Shown here in pieces: positions 1 through 12,420 of a stretch of 64,000 bases of DNA. The stretch is from Octopus sinensis. Lineage: Eukaryota. The notes below the pieces were generated by a model, which did no database searches, had not been told where the DNA came from, and worked only from the letters and a program-made list of their open reading frames with translations. Every line of letters starts with the position of its first letter. Positions within the stretch are counted from its first letter, which is position 1. Where the stretch lies: NCBI RefSeq assembly GCF_006345805.1, contig NC_042998.1:62310001-62374000 (forward strand), in the 5' to 3' direction. A program made the position numbers and the translations under genes.

Positions 1-71
1 AGCTAAAATTATGAAGGAATGTCACTCAATTTGCTAGAAATAGTAGTCAAGCTTTCTTTGAATCATATATA

Positions 72-488
72 GGTGCAGGAGTGGCTGTGTGGTAAGTAGC
101 TTGCTTACCAACCACATGGTTCCGGGTTCAGTCCCACTGTGTAGCCCCTTGGGCAAGTGTCTTCTATTATAGCCTCGTGAGTGCCTGCCAAAGCCTTGTC
201 AGTGGATTTGGTAGATGGAAACTGAAAGAAGCCTGTCATATATATGTATACATGTGTATGTGCGTGTGTACATGTTTGTGTGTCTGTGTTTGTCCACCCA
301 ACATCACTTGACAAATGATGCTGGTGTGTTTATATCCCTGTCACTTAGTGGTTTGGCAAGGAAGACCGATAGAATAAGTTCTAGGCTTACAAAGATGAAA
401 GTCCTGGGGTCGATTTGCTCGACTAAAGGCAGTGCTCCAGCATGGTCGCAGTCAAATGACTGAAACAAATAAAAGAATAAAAGAATAA
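72..488 (+). mobile_element. tRNA-derived SINE, family A (tRNA-like head, internal microsatellite, conserved 3' part)
   Basis: Head GGAGTGGCTGTGTGGTAAGTAGCTTGCTTACCAACCACATGGTTCCGGGTTCAGTCCCAC with A/B-box-like motifs; tail GGAGCA/CCAGCATGG..CAGTCAAATGACTGAAACAA; more than 10 similar copies in the window. Confidence 0.85.
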
Positions 489-1069
489 AAATCCTAATGT
501 TTTGTTAATGAGGTGAGGTAGTCATGTTAGGAATGTCTTTGAGCATGTGGTCATTTTGATCAAATCTGACTTGGCGTTAAATAACTCTGTAGGTAATGAC
601 AAGGTGGCCAATATGCTAAGTTGCTCAATGTGCTAGAAATAGCAGCTGGGTCTTTCTTAAATCACATCCTCAGACGTGGAAAAGCTGAATACGATATTGA
701 ATAATGTAGGTTCTACATGAACAAGATGGAGTGGTCATGGTTGGGAAGCCTGTTTGATCACAGGCCTGTTTGATGAAGGCTGACCTGCGGTTAAACAACT
801 ACAAACGTACCACCATCACTACTACCACCGCCACTACCACCACTATGAACAACAATAGCTGCACCACAGATCAAGGGCATAAACAGCAACAACAGCAACA
901 ACTGTTGTAGCAGCAGCAGCAGCAGTAGCAGCAGCAAGAGCAGCAGGAGCAGCTGCAGCAGCAACATTTAGAGACTTACTGTAGCGATAATGAGAAGTAA
1001 AGAAAAGAAAATCTTAGCAAATTTATTACCATTTAAATCACCAGGTGTCAGACATTAAGATTATAGAGT

Positions 1070-1545
1070 ATATGTGTGTGTATGTGTGTGTGTGCATATG
1101 TATGTGTGCATATATATGTATGTGTGTATGTATGTATGTGTGTATATACATATATGTGTGTGTGTATATATATATATGTATGAATGTGCGTTTGTAACTG
1201 CAAATAAGTGTACTTATGTATGTGTATGTAAGTGTGTATATGTATGTGTGTTTATGTGTGTGTGTGTCTATATGTGTGTGTGTTTATGTGTGTGTCTGAG
1301 TATGTGTGTGTGTGTATGTATGTGTGTATATGTATGTGTGTATGTATGTATGTGTGTGTGTGTATATGTGTGTGTATATATATGTGTGTGTATATGTGTG
1401 TGTATGTGTATATATATATATGTATGTATGTATGTATGTAGGAATGTGCGTTTGTCACTGTGCAAACAAGTGTCCATATGTGTGTGCATGTGTGTGTATG
1501 TGCTTGCAAGTGAGAACATGTATCTGGGTATGTCAATGTATATAT
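1070..1545. repeat. Compound (TG)n/(TATG)n microsatellite
   Basis: Directly visible; source of several spurious CV/YV ORFs. Confidence 0.95.
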
Positions 1546-1547
1546 GT

Positions 1548-1920
1548 AGGCGCAGAAGTGGCTGTGTGGTAAGTAGCTTGCTTACCAACCACATGATTCC
1601 GGGCTGACCTCGGGCTGACCTCAGCCTCGGGCTGACCAAAACCTTGTGAGTGGATTTGGTAGACGGAAACTGGAAGAAGCCTGTCGTATATATGCATATA
1701 CATATATATATATATGTGTGTGTTTGTCCCCCCAACATCGCTTGACAACCGATGCTGGTGTGTTTACGTCCCCGTAACTTAGCAGTTCGGCAAAAAGAGA
1801 CCGATAGAATAAGTACTAGGCTTACAAAGAATAAGTCTTGGGGTTGATTTTTTCGACTAAAGGTGGTGCTCCAGCATGGCCACAGTCAAATGACTGAAAC
1901 TAGTAAAAGAGTAAAGAGTT
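1548..1920 (+). mobile_element. SINE family A copy
   Basis: Same head and tail as 72-488. Confidence 0.85.
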
Positions 1921-1939
1921 TAAGTCTACAAATAAGTGC

Positions 1940-2027
1940 ACACATGATTATGTCTGTGTGTCAGTGAGTGCGTGTTTGAAAGTGAGCACGCATATCAGAG
2001 TTGTGTATGTGTGCGTGTGTATATAAA

Positions 2028-2059
<32 letters not shown>

Positions 2060-2500
2060 CATGTGTATATAAATGTGTGTGTGAAAATGAGCACGCATAT
2101 CAGTGTTGCATATGTGTGTGTGTGTATACAAATGTGTGTGTATGCCAGTGTGTGTGTGTGTGTGTGCGTGTATATAAATACGTGTATTTGCCAGTGAGTG
2201 TGTGTGTAGGAAAATGAGCACGCATACCAGTGTTGTGTATGTGTGCGTGTGTATACAAATGTGCGTAAGCCAGTGTGTGTATGTATTTGTGCAAGTGCAC
2301 ATATCGTGGGTGTGTAAATATGTGTATACCAGTGTATGTACACGTAAGCCAGCAAGTGCAGATATACATGTGTGTGTTGTGTGTGTAGTGTGGGGGGATA
2401 TGAGTGCACGTTTGCGTGTATGTATATGTAAGCATGCACACATATATGTGCCTTTGTGTGTGTGTGTGTGTCTGAGTATGTGTGTGTATGCTTCTGAGCA
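1940..2500. repeat. Degenerate (TG)n minisatellite-like tract
   Basis: Recurring unit GAAAATGAGCACGCATA..CAGTGTTG embedded in TG repeats. Confidence 0.8.
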
Positions 2501-3479
2501 CATATGTCTGTGTGGTTGCGTTCTCCCCTGCATGCGTGTCCGTGTTGCTAGGTGTACGAAGTCCGATGTTTCTAGTTTAGTGGACAAGTTAATTAATGAC
2601 AAGTTAATTTATGCAAAATTAATTAAATAATACCAGAACCATCACCACCACTACCACCACCATAAAAAAAAATAAGCAAGCAAAAAAACAAGAACATTGC
2701 TACAACCACCATCACCACCACCACCACCATGACCACCACCATGACCACCACCACCACCATGACCACCACCACCAACACCTGTCTTGTAAACATGATTTAA
2801 AAAAAAAAATTGAAGCTTTAAAAACAAAACCATCAGCTACATTAACCTCAATAGAATTATTAAAAAAATCATTTAAAAAAAATTGTCTTGATCAATAAAT
2901 TAATGTTATTTTATTGTGTAATTTTTTTTATATTAAAAGAAAAAAATTTTTTTTTTAAATACTTTTCCTTTTTTTTTTGAATTTACACTAAATGTTTCCA
3001 GATCAAATTTTATTGATAACTTTTTTCACCATAAAGAATGTCATAACTGTTATACGTGTGTGTGTGTGTGTGTTTGTGTGTGTACTATATATATATGTAT
3101 ATATATATATATATGTGTGTGTATGTTGTGTCTGTATGCTGTATGTAAGTATGTATGTGTATGTGTGTTGTTTGTGTGTCTACTGTATGTATATGTGTAT
3201 ATCAGCATATTTATCATGTTCCACTCGCATTAGTTGCATGTGTACAAAAATATGTGTATATATTAATAATGCGTGGACGTAACGTATGTGTGTATGTGTA
3301 TATATTATATATATACACAGAGACAGATAAATATATATGTATGTATTTACAGTGTATATATGCATAATCCATGGGTGCAGTGTATGTATGTTTGTGTGTG
3401 TCTACGTATGAATGTGTGTGTGTGGGTAAATACATGGGTGTATGCATCTCAATATGCTATGGATATATGTATGTATAGG

Positions 3480-3820
3480 TGTGAAGGCGCATTGGCTCAG
3501 TGGTTAGAGCGTCGAACTTACAACCATGAGGTAGTGAGTTTGAATACCGGACTGGGCTGCGTGTTGTGTTCTTGAGCAAGACACTTTATTTCATGTTGCT
3601 CCAGTTCACTCAGCTGTAGAAATGAGTTGTGACGTCACAGGTGCCAAGCTGTATCTGCTGTTGCCTTTCCTGTGGATAACACTGGTGGCATGGAGAGGGG
3701 AGGCTGGTATGCATGGTCAACTGCTGGTCTTCCATAAACAACTTTGCCCGGACTTGTGCCTGGGAGGGTAACTTTCTAGGTGCAATCCCATAGTCATTTG
3801 TGACCGAAGGGGGTCTCTTC
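3480..3820 (+). mobile_element. tRNA-derived SINE, family D (V-domain-like body)
   Basis: Head TGGCTCAGTGGTTAGAGCGTCG..GAGTTTGAATACC then GTGTTCTTGAGCAAGACACTTT; related copy at 51682-51990. Confidence 0.75.
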
Positions 3821-4462
3821 CGACACATATATATATATATGCATGACAGACGTTAAATGATGAAGATGAATGCATCAGTGTAATGTATGCATTTGTGTAA
3901 GTGTTTGTGTGTGTGTGTGCGTGCATGCGTGTATATGTAAGGAGTATGGTCCAGTGGTTTGTATATCAAGCTCACAATCATAAGATTGTGGTTCAAATTT
4001 AAATTCCTCAGCTGGACAGTGGTGCTGTGTCTTTCAGCACATTTATCTCTCATTTACTCAGCTCTCTCATCTCTTTGCTTTGTGTATGTATTTACATATA
4101 TGTGATTGTATAATATTCAGTTTGCTTCCCAACTACATGGTCTCAGGATTTTTCCTATTGTGCTGAACCATGGTCAAGTGTCTTCTGTCTACTACTATAG
4201 CACTGGGCCAACAAAAGCCTGGTGAATGGATTTGGTAAACAGAAGCTGAAAGAGAAATCCATTGTGTATATATGTATATATATATATATATATATATACA
4301 AAATTAAGAGGAATGACCACTAAAGTGGACACCTAATATGCTAAACATAGACGTCAAATTGCCATTACCACGAAGAATGTGTTCTCAAGAAAAATCTCAG
4401 CAAAACACCAAAATGTAAAAATGAGCAAAACAAATGAAAATATATGAAATAACAAAGATTAC

Positions 4463-4536
4463 CTACATACCAATGGTTTCACTTGTTAATATCTACGCAT
4501 GCAAACACGCAGATATCTGCAAGATCGTCAGTGTAG
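4463..4536 (-). ncRNA. Type I hammerhead ribozyme motif (extended stem II)
   Basis: Minus strand: CTACA-CTGACGA-TCTTG..(hairpin)..CAAGT-GAAA-CCATTGG-TA-TGTAG; stems I, II and III all form. Confidence 0.75.
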
Positions 4537-4754
4537 TCTATCGCTTACAAAATACAATTTCCAGAACTAGATACAGAACACTCAACTGAAATCGAGCATG
4601 TATAAAATTCTACAAATTATATTTGGGTGTATTTTTCAAATGTCATCACTTTGGGACACTGAGGCCGGAAATTACTCTGCAATTAATAAATTTCAGCAGC
4701 CAATTTACCGGTTAGAGGACATTTTTTATTTTATTAAATTTCTACTCTTATTAT

Positions 4755-4826
<72 letters not shown>

Positions 4827-4925
4827 TATTATTTGAGGGAATATTAATTCTAACTTACAAGGAAAAAAATTCAATTTAGAAATACTAAATCAAATTTCAC
4901 ACAATATAATATATATATATAAATA

Positions 4926-5719
4926 ATTAGAAAGAACCACCTTTAATCAATTCAAAATGAACAATTAAATTACACCATCTAGAAAATTACATATAATAGA
5001 AATATTAAAATTAAAATAATAAAATACCAATGATTAAGTAAATTGCAAAAATAGAATAATAACGTATATAATTGGTAGAATGTTTTGTGGCTATATTTAA
5101 GAAATGATTATAGTAAAAAAATTGATAGTAGTAGTAAAATCACTTCGATATAAATATAGCCACTCATCAGGTTAAAAATAAACTAGAATAATAAAATAAT
5201 TAATTAATAAATATACTTTAATATATATGTATATATATATATATATATATTTATATAAAATACTAAATATACATTAAGTGAAGACTAAAACAATACTTAA
5301 ATTATTAAATACTTTAAAATTAATTAATATACACAATGCTAGTACTCGTCATTAAATTGTAATCAGAATAAGAAATGGTTCAAATATAGACAAACTCATT
5401 AAATAAGCTAACTATATAATTGATATACACGTGTAGTATCTGTAGATTTAATATATCAATCTATAATATAGTTGACTAAATATCAATTAATATAATACCT
5501 AATTATCTTAAAATTTAATACTACATAATAAATATACCACCTAATTAAATTAAATCTAAAAAAATGTATATACCAGTTATATATGTTATTTTTTTTTGCA
5601 ATTTACTTAATTATAGGTATTTTATTGTTATTTTAATTTTAATATTTCTACTATATGTAATTTTCTAGATGGTGTAATTTAATTGTTCATTTTGAATTGA
5701 TTAAAGGTGGTTCTTTCTA

Positions 5720-5721
<2 letters not shown>
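4926..5721. repeat. Inverted-repeat element, about 150-bp arms (4926-5077 / 5571-5721), AT-rich spacer
   Basis: ATTAGAAAGAACCACCTTTAATCAATTCAAAATGAAC... is matched by its reverse complement ending at 5721; (TA)n on both sides. Confidence 0.85.
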
Positions 5722-5775
<54 letters not shown>

Positions 5776-5816
5776 CATACATACATATTTATATATACAT
5801 ACATACATATATATAT

Positions 5817-5990
5817 ATTTATTCTTTCAGTCATTTTGACTGCAGCCATGCTGGAGCACCGTCTTTAGTTGTGCAAATCAATCCCAGGACTTATTCTTTG
5901 TAAGCCTAGTAATTATTCTATTGGTCTCTTTTGCTGAACCACTGGGTTATGAGAACATAAATGCACTAGTATTGGTGCTGCCACATAAAA
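5817..5990 (-). mobile_element. SINE family A, 3' half
   Basis: TTTCAGTCATTTTGACTGCAGCCATGCTGGAGCACC is the reverse complement of the family A tail. Confidence 0.75.
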
Positions 5991-5999
5991 GCACCTGGT

Positions 6000-6740
6000 A
6001 CACTCTGCTCTGTGAAGTGGTTGGCGAAGGAAGGACATCTGGCTGTAGAAACCATATGAAATCAGAATGGAGTCTGGTGCAGCTCCCCAGCTTACTAGCT
6101 CCATCCAACCCATGCCAGCATGTATAATGGATGATAAATGATAATGATGAGGATGATGATGATGATGATATATATATATATCTCCCAAAAATTGGTAGCT
6201 GTAGCCAATGCCCCCGACTGCCTCCCATTCTGGTGGCACATAAAATGCATCATCTGAACTTGGTTGATGCCAGTGTCCCCTGACTGGCTCCCGTGCCGGT
6301 GGCACCTAAAAAGCACTAACTAAACATTATTCATGTCAGGGCCGCATGACTGGCTCCTGTGCTGGCAACACATGGAAAGCGCCGTCTGATCATGGTCGAT
6401 GCCAGCCTCCCCTGACTAGCTCCCATGCTGGTGGCACCTAAAATGAACTATCCAAACATGATTGATGCCAGTATCCTGTGACTGGCCAGTAGCTTATAAA
6501 AAGCACCATCCAAATGTGACCGATGCCAGTACCCACCTGACTGGCTCCCGTGCCAGTGGCACGTAAAAAGCAACCACTATACTCTTGGAGTGGTTGGTGT
6601 TAGGAGGAGCATTCAGCTGTAGAAACATTACCAGATCAGATTGGAGCCTGGTGCAGCTGCTGGCTCTCCAGACCTCAGTCAAACCGTCCAACCCATGCCA
6701 GCTTGGAAAACGGACATTAAATGATGATGATGTGTGTGTG
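6000..6740 (+). mobile_element. Two copies of family C element (RTE 5'UTR-like core, (GAT)n tail) with an upstream repeat array
   Basis: GTGGTTGG..TTAGGA.GG.CAT.CAGCTGTAGAAAC ... CCAACCCATGCCAGC ... TTAAATGATGATG; GGCACNTAAAA units at 6225-6570. Confidence 0.75.
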
Positions 6741-7220
6741 TGTGTGTTACTGTCTCCTTGCTTTGACATTGCATGAATAGTTGTAAACAAATGTCACCAT
6801 CATGCAGTTGGTGTCCTGCACATCCAGTTTTCCAGGAAAACAGCATCTGTTCACAGGGAAATATTACCTTCCTTGGAAGCAGGTGAGGGTCGGCAACAGG
6901 AAGGGCACCCAGGTATAGGAAATTTGCCAGAACAAATTTTGTGTGATCCATGCAAGTATGGAAAAAGTGTCATTATGAAGGTGGTGATAATGGTGATAAC
7001 GATGATGATAATGATGAAATATGAGAGAGATGTTCACAGACACACACACTCAGAGATTGACAGACATCTGGGCAGGAACACACACACACGTATGTATACG
7101 TAATAAATAGCAAAGAATTTGATGTACTCCAAGAGAAAATTCAATGTTGTGACATAATGCTGGGAGGTAATCCAGATGTAAAGATGATCCAAGTATTAGG
7201 TATTCCAAAGTATTAGTCAA

Positions 7221-7251
<31 letters not shown>

Positions 7252-8136
7252 TGTATTTATGTGTGTATGTATGTATGTACGTATGTGTGTATGTGTATGT
7301 ATTTATGTATGTATGTGTGTGTGTATATATGTGCATATGTATGTGTGTGTTTGCATATGTATGTATGTGTGTATGTATATGTGCATACATATGCGCATAT
7401 GTATGTCTGTGTGGTGGTGGTGGTGGTGGTGAGACCAGAAACCTTGAAGGTTTAGTGGCGTTAATGGTAATATGATAGTGCTGGTGGTGGAGAGACCAGA
7501 AACCTTGAAGGTTTGCTGGCATTAATGGTGATATGATAGTAATGGTGGTGGTGATGTAGAATAGAGAAAGATGAATCTGGTAACATTTATAGATAGAGAA
7601 CAGAGCAAGAAAGATGATAATTTTGTTGTTGTTGTTATTGTTGCTGGCCTGCCAGACTGTCTCTGAACTCTTCTTTAGATAATGTCTTGTTCTAACATCT
7701 CATTGTTTTGAGAGTTCAAATTGGTTGAATTTTCTTCGGTTGATTCTTCATATCTGGTTGTTATATTATTCTGAGATTTGTTCTGGAACTGGTCCAGTTC
7801 TTTAATTCTTTAATTTACCAAAAACCGTCATAGAGTGACAAAGTGGCTGGTTTGTAACTTTCCTCTCCTCTTTTCATCACGTAGGAGTAGAGGGGAAGGG
7901 TACGTGGTAGACTGGTAGCCGTAATTTGTCATGTTGTTATTGTTATCACAACCACCATCATCATCATCATCACTATCATAATCATCATCATCATGAGTAT
8001 CATATCATCATCATCATCATCACTATCATAATCATCATCGCGATCATCATCATCACGATTATCATTATCACCACCATCATCATCACCACTGTCATCTTCA
8101 CTATCATCACAATCATCATCATCATCATCATCATCT

Positions 8137-8884
8137 AAAGGGTGAGCTGACAGAATTATTAGTGTTGGACAAAATCCTCAGTTACATTTCTTCTGGCTTT
8201 TTTACATTCTGAGTTCAAATCCTGATTGGGGCAACTTTGCCTTTCGTCTCTCCAGGATCAACAAACTAGAGTACTAGTTGAGTACTAGGGTTGTTGGAAT
8301 TGATTAAACCTCTTCCCTTAAAATTACTGGCCTTGTGCCTATATCAGAAACCATTATTATTTATCATCAACCTCATCATTATCATCATCATCAACATCAT
8401 CGTCAACATCATCATCTTCATCATCATCATCATCATCAAGGCAGTGGGCTTGTAGAATTGTTGGAATGCCAGGCAAAATGTTTCATGGCATTTCATTTTT
8501 GTCTTTATGTTCCGAGTTCAAATTTCATCAAGGTTGACTTTTACCATTTCAGGGTCAATAAAATAAATACCAGTTGAGCACTGGGGTTGATGTAATCAAC
8601 TCATCTCCTTTCCCGAAATAATTTGGCTTTGTGCCCAAAATTTGAAGCCTTCATCATCATCATCATCATCATTAAGGCGGTGAGCCGGCAGAATCATTAG
8701 CACGCTGGGTGAAATGTTTAGCGGTATTTCATCTGTCTTTATGTTCTGAGTTCAAATTCTGCAGAGGTTGACTTTGCCTTTCATCCTTTCGGGGTCAATA
8801 GATTAAGTACTAGTTGTGTACTGGAGTCGATCTAATCGACTGCCCCCGCCACAAATTTTGGGCCTTTTGTCTAGAGTAGAAAAG

Positions 8885-8949
<65 letters not shown>

Positions 8950-9185
8950 TATCATTATCATTATTATTATTATCATTAAAGTGGTGAACTGGCAGAATTG
9001 TTAGCATGCTGGACGAAATGCTTAGTGGTATTTCGCTTGTTACTATGTTCTGAGTTCAGATTCCGCTGAAGTTGACTTTGCCTTTCATCTTTACAGGGTT
9101 GATAAAATGAGTACCAGTTGTGTACTGGGTACGATGTGATCAACTCATCGTCTCCCACCAAATTTCAGGCCTTGTGCTTATAACA
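8137..9185 (+). mobile_element. Four consecutive copies of tRNA-derived SINE family B
   Basis: GGTGAGCTGGCAGAAT..GAGTTCAAATT..GACTTTGCCTTTCATCCTTTCGGGGTC..AAGTACCAGTT (central domain resembles the Sauria/Meta-type SINE core), separated by (CAT)n/(ATT)n. Confidence 0.85.
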
Positions 9186-9254
9186 GAAAGGATTATTATT
9201 ATTATTATTATTATTAGCAGGCTTACTACCTGCAGCCATGCTGTTTGTTGTTTT

Positions 9255-10370
9255 TTAACTTTCTAATACTTTCCAGATTATTCTAGAGGCAAGGAGGCAA
9301 ACGTTTTGTAACAGTTCTACTGAGCACTCTATTCCAATTTCTTTTATATTCCTCTTGATGCCTTCTGATCTGTGCATACGTATGCGCATATGTATGTCTG
9401 TGTGGTGGTGGTGGTGGAGAGACCAGAAACCTTGAAGGTTTAGTGGCGTTAATGGTGATACGATAGTGCTGGTGGTGGTGATGGTGGTAATGGTGGTGGA
9501 GAGACCAGACACCTTGACTCAACAATAATTGGCACTATTTTCACCTTCTTCATTTTCCATAGCCAGACTATTGCGTATTTAAGAGGCTTGTATCTATGTA
9601 TCTTTACGCCTTCCCTCTTGACTATTTGTGTGTCAAAGGGGCATGCAACATCAACTATATAGCATATGTGGTGCACGTTGTCCACTACCACTAGGTCTGG
9701 TCTGTTATGCTGTAGCACCTGGTCTGTTTGGATTGGGAAATCTCAGAGGATTTTGCTAGTCTCTGAATGCACCACTTTCTACAGTTTGTCCTCATACCAT
9801 GTCTTGCTTCTCTCTATGTAGCACTTTCATTAGCTGATCATGTCGCCACAACTTGTAGTGGTTTTGGGCAAGTCTAGGGCATTCGTTCGTGAAATGGGCA
9901 ATGATATCATCCACTCTATTTCAGATGTGGCACAGCAGAGACACTTGCTCATTCTTAAGGTTGACCCTCCAGTTCATGGCCAAAGCTTGGTCTTGCACTA
10001 CCAGTATAGTGCTCTCAATCTCTTTTTACAGTGTTCCTTTCTTCAGCCATTCCCACCTATTTTTTGCAGCAACTTCTGTTGTGGCTATATGGAATTGATT
10101 GTGTAGTCTCTTGTTCCGTAATTCTTCTTCATGTTCTTTTTATACTTCTTCTTCCTTTGTTTTTCCTTTTTTACTCTGCTCTCAATACTCCCTCATTCCT
10201 AACTGCCACTAGCAAGGTATCCTTACTTTGGGCTACGTATCTCATTAACCTCTCGAGTTCGATACACACGTAGTCTCCCACACTTATCAGGTTTTCATTT
10301 ATGCCAATAATTATGGGTGCCCATGGCCCATGTTAGTAAATAGCTACGTGACAATCTGCAAAAGCTAAGA
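9255..10370 (-). mobile_element. Decayed R4/Dong-type non-LTR retrotransposon 3' fragment (Zn knuckle + restriction-like endonuclease)
   Basis: Translates as NKRLHNQF..WEWLKKGTL*KEIESTILVVQDQAL..LCHI*..ECPRLAQNHYKLWRHDQL, then HNRPDLVVVD..CYIVDVACPFD..KIVPIIV and ..CLLASRIIWKVLES; several stops; interrupted at about 9372-9518. Confidence 0.85.
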
Positions 10371-10757
10371 TTTTCAGATTTAAGGAATGTGATCAGCTAA
10401 CACACACACACACACATGCACTTTGCAAATATAATCTGTAAGTGGAACACTAAAAGTATGCGAGTCTTTTCTAAAGTACATGTAACTCTTATTGTTGTTA
10501 TCCAAATATCCAATGGTGGAGATTTGTTTCTTTCTTATAAACCTACTCGTTTCTTGTCAGAAGAAGTCAAGTAGATGGAAAATAAAGCTACATACGTATG
10601 TAAGTATGTGCATAATGCTGATAGATATGCGTACATATAGGCATATATATATATATGTGTGTGTGTGTATGTGGGTTGTCATGTTTTGGCATATATGCTT
10701 ATAAACTGACATACATATAGACACAAATACACACATTACAACAGATATGTGTGTATC

Positions 10758-11057
10758 GTGGCCGTTTGCCAGCCTCATCTGGCACCTGTGTCGGTGGCAC
10801 ATAAAAACACCATCCGAGCGTGGCCGTCTGCCAGCCTCGTCTGGCACCTGTGTCGGTGGCACATAAAAAACACCATCCGAGCGTGGCCGTCTGCCAGCCT
10901 CGTCTGGCACCTGTGTCGGTGGCACATAAAAAACACCATCCGAGCGTGGCCGTCTGCCAGCCTCGTCTGGCACCTGTGTCGGTGGCACATAAAAAACACC
11001 ATCCGAGCGTGGCCGTTTGCCAGCCTCGTCTGGCACCTGTGTCGGTGGCACATAAAA
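10758..11057 (+). repeat. 62-63-bp tandem array, about 4.8 near-identical units
   Basis: Unit GTGGCCGTCTGCCAGCCTCGTCTGGCACCTGTGTCGGTGGCACATAAAAAACACCATCCGAGC starting at 10758, 10820, 10883, 10946 and 11009. Confidence 0.95.
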
Positions 11058-11230
11058 TCACCCACTACACTCTCGGAGTGGTTGGCGTTAGGAAGGGCAT
11101 CCAGCTGTAGAAACACTGCCAGATCTGACTGGACTGGTGCAGCTTTCGGGCTCCCCAGACCCCAGTTGAACCGTCCAACCCATGCTAGCATGGAAAGCGG
11201 ACGTTAAATGATGATGATGATGATGATGAT
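11058..11230 (+). mobile_element. Family C element body
   Basis: CCCACTACACTCTCGGAGTGGTTGGCGTTAGGAAGGGCATCCAGCTGTAGAAAC ... ACGTTAAATGATGATG. Confidence 0.8.
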
Positions 11231-11439
11231 ATCTATATATATATATAGATATATACACACACACAGGCATATCGACAGACGGACAGACAGATAGACAGTC
11301 AGGCAGATATCCAATATTTATATCTGTCATGGCGACAACAGACAAGGAAGAGAGTGAACTGTACAGCTATGTAATTTAGAGGAAATTTACAAGGTGGAAA
11401 GTTTAACAATTTCAATCTTAGATATATCACTGCCTCTAC

Positions 11440-11611
11440 CACCACCAACACCACTGCTGCCACCACCGCCACCACTGTTGTTGTTGCTATTGTTGTTTTT
11501 ATTATTAATTTTATTTTGCCAGCTATTTGATTATATGGCTTCTGGGTCTTAAGTCAGATATGAATAATGGATGTCTTTGCTCATTTAACTGTTGTATTGT
11601 TACTGGTGCCG

Positions 11612-11649
<38 letters not shown>

Positions 11650-11819
11650 GCTGTTGCTATTGTTTTGTTTTTTAATAACACAAATAATACAGTTGGCGTT
11701 GTTGTTGATGATGATGATGGTGATGAATATTATTATTATTATTCTTGTAGTAGTAGTAGTAATAATAATAGTGATGACGATGCAAATAATGATTTTTGAC
11801 GAAAAGAAAACAATGATAT

Positions 11820-11851
<32 letters not shown>

Positions 11852-12282
11852 TATTATTATTATTATTATTATAATAATAATAAATAGGTAAAGCAGTAGT
11901 GACAATAATAATTGCTTATAATGGTGACAACAGTGATGATGATGATGACGATGATTATGATCACAATGGCAGTTACTTATAATAACAATCAACAAACACA
12001 CCACCTCGACCACCCCCCCAACCAATGACAACAACAGCCATTAAAAGAGCACTACTACTACTACTACTGATAATGGTAATATTATTTATAATAATAATAA
12101 TCATAATAATGATGATGATGATGATGATAACAACAGCCATGATAATAATAACAACACGGACTACCACAATGATAATAATAATGATGATAATAATGATGAT
12201 GATGATGATAAAAATGATAATAATAATAATAATGATGATAATAATAATAATAAAAATGATAGTAATAATAATGATAATAATG

Positions 12283-12321
<39 letters not shown>

Positions 12322-12420
12322 GATAATGATAATAATAATAATAAAAAATGATAATGATAATAATAATAATAAAAAATGATAATAATTATAATAATAATAA
12401 TAATAATGGCAAAAATGATA
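11440..12420. repeat. Compound trinucleotide microsatellites (GTT, GAT, AAT)
   Basis: Directly visible. Confidence 0.95.

Noticed and set aside
5135-5175. Minus-strand CTGATGAG..CGAAG possible HHR in the foldback spacer
   Set aside because: GAAG instead of GAAA, and stems I, II and III do not form
10758-11057. CRISPR-like appearance of the tandem arrays
   Set aside because: Units are whole tandem repeats attached to a eukaryotic retroelement; no unique equal-length spacers and no cas genes
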